From: a virus
Taxonomy: Duplodnaviria; Caudoviricetes
Virus record (IMG/VR): IMGVR_UViG_3300002026_000067
Location: 1 to 62,836 of that record
Length of the DNA stretch: 62,836 bases
Direction: 5' to 3' (one strand)
In this document: piece after piece, positions 57,820 to 62,836 of the stretch
How the letters are laid out: every line of letters starts with the position of its first letter
Numbering within the stretch: the first letter of the stretch is position 1
Position numbers and translations under genes: made by a program
Notes under the pieces: model-generated
Told to the model about the DNA's origin: nothing
The model's database searches: none
What the model saw: the letters and a program-made list of their open reading frames with translations, nothing else

Positions 57820-60561
57820 ATGAAAATTAATGGTAATTTACAACTTAACGCAGGCGACATCTCACAAATTGAGAATTTGCGCGTTGAAAAAGTATCTGCT
57901 CTGCCAGCTCATACGGCTACAGATGCAGGCCGTTTAGTCTTTTTAACTAATGGTAATAATGTAACGTATTTCAATAATGGTACCGCATGGGTTGCATTTG
58001 CAACTGGTGGTAATGCTGCTGCTTTGCAAACTGAGGTCGATGCAATTGAATCTTCTTTAGGTGGTGCAGTTAATGGTGCAGGTGTTTTTGTTCCTGCTGC
58101 TTTAACTGGTGCTGCTGGTACTGCATTAGAAGTTGCTCCTACAAGCATCACTGCTGCTATTATGGCTCTTAACAGCTTTGCTGGTGCACACGATGCACTG
58201 TCTGAACTCACTGATGTTCTGCTTACTGGTTTAGCTACTGGCGATTATCTTAAGTGGAATGGTACCAAGTGGGTTCCTGATGCAGTGACTTTAGTAGATG
58301 TGACAGATGTAACAGCTACTGCTGCTGAAGTTAACCAACTTCATTTATCGGGTGTTCTCAAGGCTGATCTAGAAAAGCTCCATGCAGTTACATCTACAGC
58401 TGCTGAATTGAATGCTCTTCGAGGTATTCCTGCAACATTGACTGCAACTGAACTTGGTTATGTTGATGGTGTTACTTCACCAATTCAAGCACAATTGAAT
58501 TTATTGCAGGCTGGCGATACAACATTGAATGGTCTGGCTGCTCTAGCTGGTACAGGTATTGTTGTTGAAACTGGTGTTGATACTTTCACTAATCGTACTC
58601 TAGTTGCTCCTTCTGCTGGTATTACTATTGCTAATGCTGCTGGCATCACAGGTAACCCAACATTTGCACTTGCTAATGACTTAGCTGCACTTGAAGGTCT
58701 TACAACTACCGGTTATATGGTTCGTACAGGCGACGGTACAGCTGCTACTCGTTCATTCAGCACCATTGCTGGTGATATCGTTATTACTGGTTCTGCTGAT
58801 GGTGTTTTAACTGATACAACTTTCGGTTTAGCTACAGTTACACAAGATACTGCTGGTACATTCGTTAAAGTGACTCTTGATGGTAAAGGTCGCGTAACTG
58901 GTAATACTCCTGTTACAACTGGTGATATTACTGCTCTTGTTGATACAACTTATGTGAATATTGCCGGTGATACAATGACCGGTGATCTTAACATGGGCGG
59001 TACACATACTGTTACCGGTCTAGCTACTCCGGTTGGTGCTACTGATGCTGCCAATAAAGCATATGTTGATGCACAAACACAAGGTCTTACATGGAAGAAT
59101 GCAGTAGTTGCTGCTTCTACTGGTCCTTTGACTCTTGCTACTGGTTTTGCTGCTGGTCGAGTTGTTGACGGCGTAACTCTTGTTCTTGGTGATCGCATTC
59201 TTGTTAAAGATCAAGCAGCTGCAAAAGAAAATGGCATCTATATTGTTACTGTAGATGCACCAACGCGCGCACTTGATATGAATGCTGCTGCAGAGTTTGA
59301 TGGTTCTGCCGTATTCGTTCAGCAAGGTACAATTAATGAAGGTACAGGTTGGACAGAAACTGCTACAGTTACTGATGTCATTAACGACTCGAAATCATTC
59401 TCCCAGTTCTCTGGCGGTCAAGCATTTGTATGGGGTACAGGTCTTTCAAACACTGGTAATACTGTATTCGTTAATCTCGGTGCTGGTATTGTTGAATTAC
59501 CATCTGATGAAATCGGTATTGATATTGTTCCTAGCAAAGCTGTTCAGCTTACTGGTACTGCAACTGGCGACAAGTTAACATTCGTTCTTGATGGTGCTGG
59601 TCTTGAGCAATCTTCAGCAGGTTTGAAGATTTCGGCTCTTGGTGTTACCAATGCAATGTTAGCAAAATCACAGTTAATCCTTAACGGTGATACTGGTACT
59701 GATGCTCTCGTCTTAGGTGATACACTTCAGATTAAGGGAACAGGCGTCCAAGGTATTAGCACAGCAACAACTGAATCGTCAGCCGGTACTTCTACTGTTA
59801 CGATCACTGCAGCTGATGCATCCGCCTCACAAAAAGGTGTAGCTTCTTTTGCTGCTGTTGACTTTGATGTTACTGTTGGTGCTGTTACTATCAAAGCTGC
59901 TGGTGTTGATAATGTTCAATTAGCAAATAGCACGATTGGTTACATTGGTACAACTGGTGGTACCAACACTGCTGCTCTTGGTACTGCATTTAGTATTCTA
60001 GGTGGTTCTGCACCAATTACTACAGTATCTGCTGCTGGTTCAATCACGATCAATGTTGCCGATGCTACAACTGGCGCTAAAGGTCTTGCAAGTTTTGATG
60101 GTTCACACTTCAGTGTAACTGCTGGTGCTGTTAGCTTAGCTGCAACTCTTGGTGATCTTACCAACGTTAATGCTGCAACGGTTGATTCTGCTTCTGTTGG
60201 TGATTTGCTCCAGTACCGTGCAGGTGAATGGACCACACGTAACGAAACAACAATGTTTGGTGCCACATCTATCGATGCACTTAGCGATGTTACTTTAACT
60301 GCTACTGCTACTGGTCAAACTCTTGTTTACAGTGCCGGTGCATTCGTTAACAAGAAGACCTTCCACCTCGGCACATTCACTGCTGCTACATCATGGGTTG
60401 TTACTCACGATATCGGTCAGCAATACTGTAATGTGACCATTGTTGATAATACTGATGAAGTTATTATCCCACAAAGCATCAAGTTTGACTCAGCTACACG
60501 GTTGACCGTCACGTTTAATGCTGGTGTCGCTGGTAAGTGTGTTGTAATGGGTATTGCTTAA
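57820..60561 (+). CDS. Long tail fibre or abundant fibrous virion protein
   Basis: GDTMTGDL, DAANKAYVD, DGVTL..GDRILVKDQ and KGVASF repeats; visibly strong GCT/ACT/GGT codon preference. Confidence 0.75.
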   Translation: MKINGNLQLNAGDISQIENLRVEKVSALPAHTATDAGRLVFLTNGNNVTYFNNGTAWVAFATGGNAAALQTEVDAIESSLGGAVNGAGVFVPAALTGAAGTALEVAPTSITAAIMALNSFAGAHDALSELTDVLLTGLATGDYLKWNGTKWVPDAVTLVDVTDVTATAAEVNQLHLSGVLKADLEKLHAVTSTAAELNALRGIPATLTATELGYVDGVTSPIQAQLNLLQAGDTTLNGLAALAGTGIVVETGVDTFTNRTLVAPSAGITIANAAGITGNPTFALANDLAALEGLTTTGYMVRTGDGTAATRSFSTIAGDIVITGSADGVLTDTTFGLATVTQDTAGTFVKVTLDGKGRVTGNTPVTTGDITALVDTTYVNIAGDTMTGDLNMGGTHTVTGLATPVGATDAANKAYVDAQTQGLTWKNAVVAASTGPLTLATGFAAGRVVDGVTLVLGDRILVKDQAAAKENGIYIVTVDAPTRALDMNAAAEFDGSAVFVQQGTINEGTGWTETATVTDVINDSKSFSQFSGGQAFVWGTGLSNTGNTVFVNLGAGIVELPSDEIGIDIVPSKAVQLTGTATGDKLTFVLDGAGLEQSSAGLKISALGVTNAMLAKSQLILNGDTGTDALVLGDTLQIKGTGVQGISTATTESSAGTSTVTITAADASASQKGVASFAAVDFDVTVGAVTIKAAGVDNVQLANSTIGYIGTTGGTNTAALGTAFSILGGSAPITTVSAAGSITINVADATTGAKGLASFDGSHFSVTAGAVSLAATLGDLTNVNAATVDSASVGDLLQYRAGEWTTRNETTMFGATSIDALSDVTLTATATGQTLVYSAGAFVNKKTFHLGTFTAATSWVVTHDIGQQYCNVTIVDNTDEVIIPQSIKFDSATRLTVTFNAGVAGKCVVMGIA

Positions 60562-60589
60562 TAGCAAAATTGTACTTTAGCAAATAGAT

Positions 60590-60618
60590 AGAGGGTAGAG
60601 TGTTTTACTCTACCCTCT
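60590..60618 (+). terminator. Intrinsic terminator-like hairpin
   Basis: AGAGGGTAGAGT-GTTTT-ACTCTACCCTCT. Confidence 0.6.
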
Positions 60619-60640
60619 TCTACCTTAAAGGGAAAGAAAT

Positions 60641-61246
60641 ATGAAATCTTATGGTAACGTAAATATGCTTCAAAACCAAGTGCAAAATATGGCACTTGAG
60701 TTGACTGCAAACTTTCCGACAATTCCTGTTGTTGGGCAGTTAGTTTTCAAAGAACGTGTGCTATACATCTGTGCTGAAATTGTAGCAGGACTACCTGCTT
60801 GGATTCCTTTGACGAATGAAGTTAATACCTTTGTTCACGTTCAGGCTCTTCCGTCATCGACATGGAATATTACACATAATTTAGGTACTACTACACCAAT
60901 GGTGCAAGTGTATCAGGCAGTTGATGGCGCTATGATTATTCCTGGTGATGTTATAGCTTCATCAAACAATGCAGTGACAATCAGTTTTGGTGTTCCAGTT
61001 GATGGTCGTGCAGTTATTATGATGGGTACTGAGGATGGTACGGCACGTCCAGTGTTCTCATATACTCATTATCAAAATGCTTCTTCTTCAATGTGGACAA
61101 TTAACCATATGCTTGGCTACAATCCAGTCATTCGTGTGTTTGTTGGTAACAGTGAAGTTCAACCAAACTCTATAACATTCCCAAATATCAATCAGGCTGT
61201 TGTTACATTCACACAGTCATATATTGGTGTTGCACGGTGCGTGTAA
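60641..61246 (+). CDS. Fibre-associated protein with two W.I.H.LG..P domains
   Basis: WNITHNLGTTTP and WTINHMLGYNP. Confidence 0.7.
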   Translation: MKSYGNVNMLQNQVQNMALELTANFPTIPVVGQLVFKERVLYICAEIVAGLPAWIPLTNEVNTFVHVQALPSSTWNITHNLGTTTPMVQVYQAVDGAMIIPGDVIASSNNAVTISFGVPVDGRAVIMMGTEDGTARPVFSYTHYQNASSSMWTINHMLGYNPVIRVFVGNSEVQPNSITFPNINQAVVTFTQSYIGVARCV

Positions 61247-61258
61247 TGGAGAAATAAT

Positions 61259-61501
61259 ATGGCAGAAATTAATAGATTTACATTTAGACGTGCTGTAACC
61301 TATACTCACACCCAAGATGTAGAAGCAGTAGAGTGGAATATAGAGCACAGACTTAATGGTTATCCTGTCACCGATATTTTGTACGATGATAACGGTGTTT
61401 TGACTAAAATGATTGCAGCATCGATAGATTATATCGATGCACACAATTTAAAGATAACATTTACAAGCCCCCGTAAAGGTGTGGCTAGATTGGTAGGTTG
61501 A
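61259..61501 (+). CDS. Single W.I.H.L...P domain protein
   Basis: WNIEHRLNGYP; SD GGAG. Confidence 0.7.
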   Translation: MAEINRFTFRRAVTYTHTQDVEAVEWNIEHRLNGYPVTDILYDDNGVLTKMIAASIDYIDAHNLKITFTSPRKGVARLVG

Positions 61502-61502
61502 T

Positions 61503-61724
61503 ATGTTAACACCAATTCAATATAACGGTGAATTTGCATCATCTATGACATGGAATGTTAAGCATAATCTCGGTAGACCCGTAATATGTGATGTATTCGT
61601 TCAAGACCCTGTTATGCCGTCAAACACTGTAAGTATGTTACCATTCGGCGTCGTTATTGTTGATGATAACAATGTTACGGTCACATTTACTAAGCCTACT
61701 GCTGGTAAAGTTCGTTGTATCTAG
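61503..61724 (+). CDS. Single W.V.HNLG.P domain protein
   Basis: WNVKHNLGRP...NNVTVTF.KP.AGKVRC. Confidence 0.7.
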   Translation: MLTPIQYNGEFASSMTWNVKHNLGRPVICDVFVQDPVMPSNTVSMLPFGVVIVDDNNVTVTFTKPTAGKVRCI

Positions 61725-61730
61725 TAGTTA

Positions 61731-61762
61731 TGTAAAGCTATTCTTGATTGAGTAGCTTTACA
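61731..61762 (+). terminator. Hairpin after the fibre cluster
   Basis: TGTAAAGCTA...TAGCTTTACA stem. Confidence 0.5.
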
Positions 61763-61797
61763 ACCTGTTTATATTCATATCACATAACGGAGAATGT

Positions 61798-62226
61798 ATG
61801 TTCCCACTCAATCTCTTAACTGGAATACCTTTGCGTATCTGGATCTTTTTAGCAGTTCTCATAGCTGTTATATCTGGTGTATATTTCACTATTCATTCGT
61901 ATACTTCCCAAATTGAAGACTTGACAAAAGAAAACAAATCCTTAACTGCTGCAAATGTTCAGTTAAAAGAGGATGTTAGACTTTGTGTAGATGCTAACGC
62001 AACAAATATGGGAACTATTACTCAGCTTCGAAATGACAAGCAAAATGCTGAAGATGCTGTTAAGCAAATGGAAATTCAGAGCAAACGTGATAAGCAAAAT
62101 ATTCAAACGATTATGGGCGCAATTAAGACTGCTCCTGAATCAGAAAATGGTAAAGTTTCTCCTATCCTGAAGAAAACTATTTCTTCTATTATCACTAACA
62201 GAAAATTGAAGGAGTCAGTAAAATGA
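61798..62226 (+). CDS. Inner-membrane spanin (Rz-like)
   Basis: N-terminal TM helix followed by a coiled coil containing Cys; overlaps a lipoprotein gene. Confidence 0.75.
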   Translation: MFPLNLLTGIPLRIWIFLAVLIAVISGVYFTIHSYTSQIEDLTKENKSLTAANVQLKEDVRLCVDANATNMGTITQLRNDKQNAEDAVKQMEIQSKRDKQNIQTIMGAIKTAPESENGKVSPILKKTISSIITNRKLKESVK

Positions 62227-62528
62227 AAAAGCTTCTATTGATTCCATTATTCATTTTCATTACTGGATTTGGTTCTTGTGAAACAAAACCGGACCCGGCT
62301 GTTGTTATAAAAACTGAATATGTAGTAAGACAAGCACCTGATTCTATGTATGCTTTGCCACAGCAAGTAACAACTCTAGATTTAGAGAGCGCTTCACAGC
62401 GTGAGGTGGCACAATGGATAACGGAAAGTGAAGATAGAACTAATACTTTAGAGCGAATGATTGATGCTCTTAAAATCTATTTCAACCAACCAGTAACTCC
62501 AACTGAGACATTGCCACCTATCAAATAG
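62223..62528 (+). CDS. Outer-membrane spanin lipoprotein (Rz1-like)
   Basis: MKK plus hydrophobic signal and FGSC lipobox; Pro-rich mature part. Confidence 0.75.
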   Translation: MKKLLLIPLFIFITGFGSCETKPDPAVVIKTEYVVRQAPDSMYALPQQVTTLDLESASQREVAQWITESEDRTNTLERMIDALKIYFNQPVTPTETLPPIK

Positions 62529-62589
62529 TACGTAATTTCACCGTTCAAAGGATGATAAATATGTCTATCAATGTAAAAGAGAAAATAAT

Positions 62590-62836
62590 ATGGGGTGCAG
62601 TAAAGGACAGTCAGGACGATCACCAGGGAATGCATGGAATACAGCCCCTGATGTTGATCGAGAAACTTTTTTGCAAGTCACAACACCGGCTCGTCTGGGG
62701 GAGTCGCCTGAATGTTATCTCGGAAGAGCAGGTAATCCAGAACAAGAGCAGGCGCCAGTAGGAAATAATCCAAATAAGATAGACACTGTTTCTATACCAG
62801 TTCGTTGCGATCTAGGTGTAGATACTCAGATGAAAC
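62590..62836 (+). CDS. 5' part of a late gene running off the window (MGCSKGQSGRSPGNAWNTAPD...)
   Basis: Manually translated; frame open to the window end; GATAAATA at 62554-62561. Confidence 0.55.
   Translation, partial: MGCSKGQSGRSPGNAWNTAPDVDRETFLQVTTPARLGESPECYLGRAGNPEQEQAPVGNNPNKIDTVSIPVRCDLGVDTQMK

Noticed and set aside
62552-62761. 69-aa ORF from the ORF track
   Set aside because: Its start overlaps the late promoter motif; the alternative frame from ATG 62590 is better placed and stays open to the window end.
1-62836. Stop-codon reassignment, tRNA or rRNA genes
   Set aside because: Core genes are intact in the standard code with TAA, TGA and TAG all used as stops; no cloverleaf or rRNA-like sequence was recognised by eye.

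Overview
AT-rich segment of a large T4-like (myovirus, probably jumbo) phage of a Gram-negative host, using the standard genetic code. The left part (1-22.5 kb, mostly minus strand) carries the portal gp20, a tape-measure-like protein, a gp26/gp51-like pair, a Holliday-junction resolvase, gp46/gp47, the late sigma factor gp55 and accessory genes (GNAT, methylglyoxal synthase, small hypotheticals). The right part (22.5-62.8 kb, plus strand) is a baseplate/tail module: tube initiator, gp53-, gp27-, gp5-, gp25- and gp6-like proteins, a 3074-aa wedge protein, an FG-GAP propeller, fibres and spanins. Four free-standing homing-endonuclease-type genes and T4-style early (GTTTAC..TGnTATAAT) and late (TATAAATA) promoters are present. 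Most notable: (1) a 284-bp dyad-symmetric array of six hairpins at 19291-19574, with 56-bp perfect terminal inverted repeats and complementary loops; (2) six paralogous LRR-like proteins with a T4-like capsid-targeting N-terminus, variable N-terminal domains and a conserved C-terminal ...MDCQTELIxAGxxEYAKL domain, two of them paired with a second paralogous gene; (3) an orphaned original portal start upstream of a GIY-YIG gene, with a probable replacement ATT start; (4) a candidate -1 frameshift joining the gp26- and gp51-like ORFs. All protein calls come from motif recognition by eye; no database searches were run.
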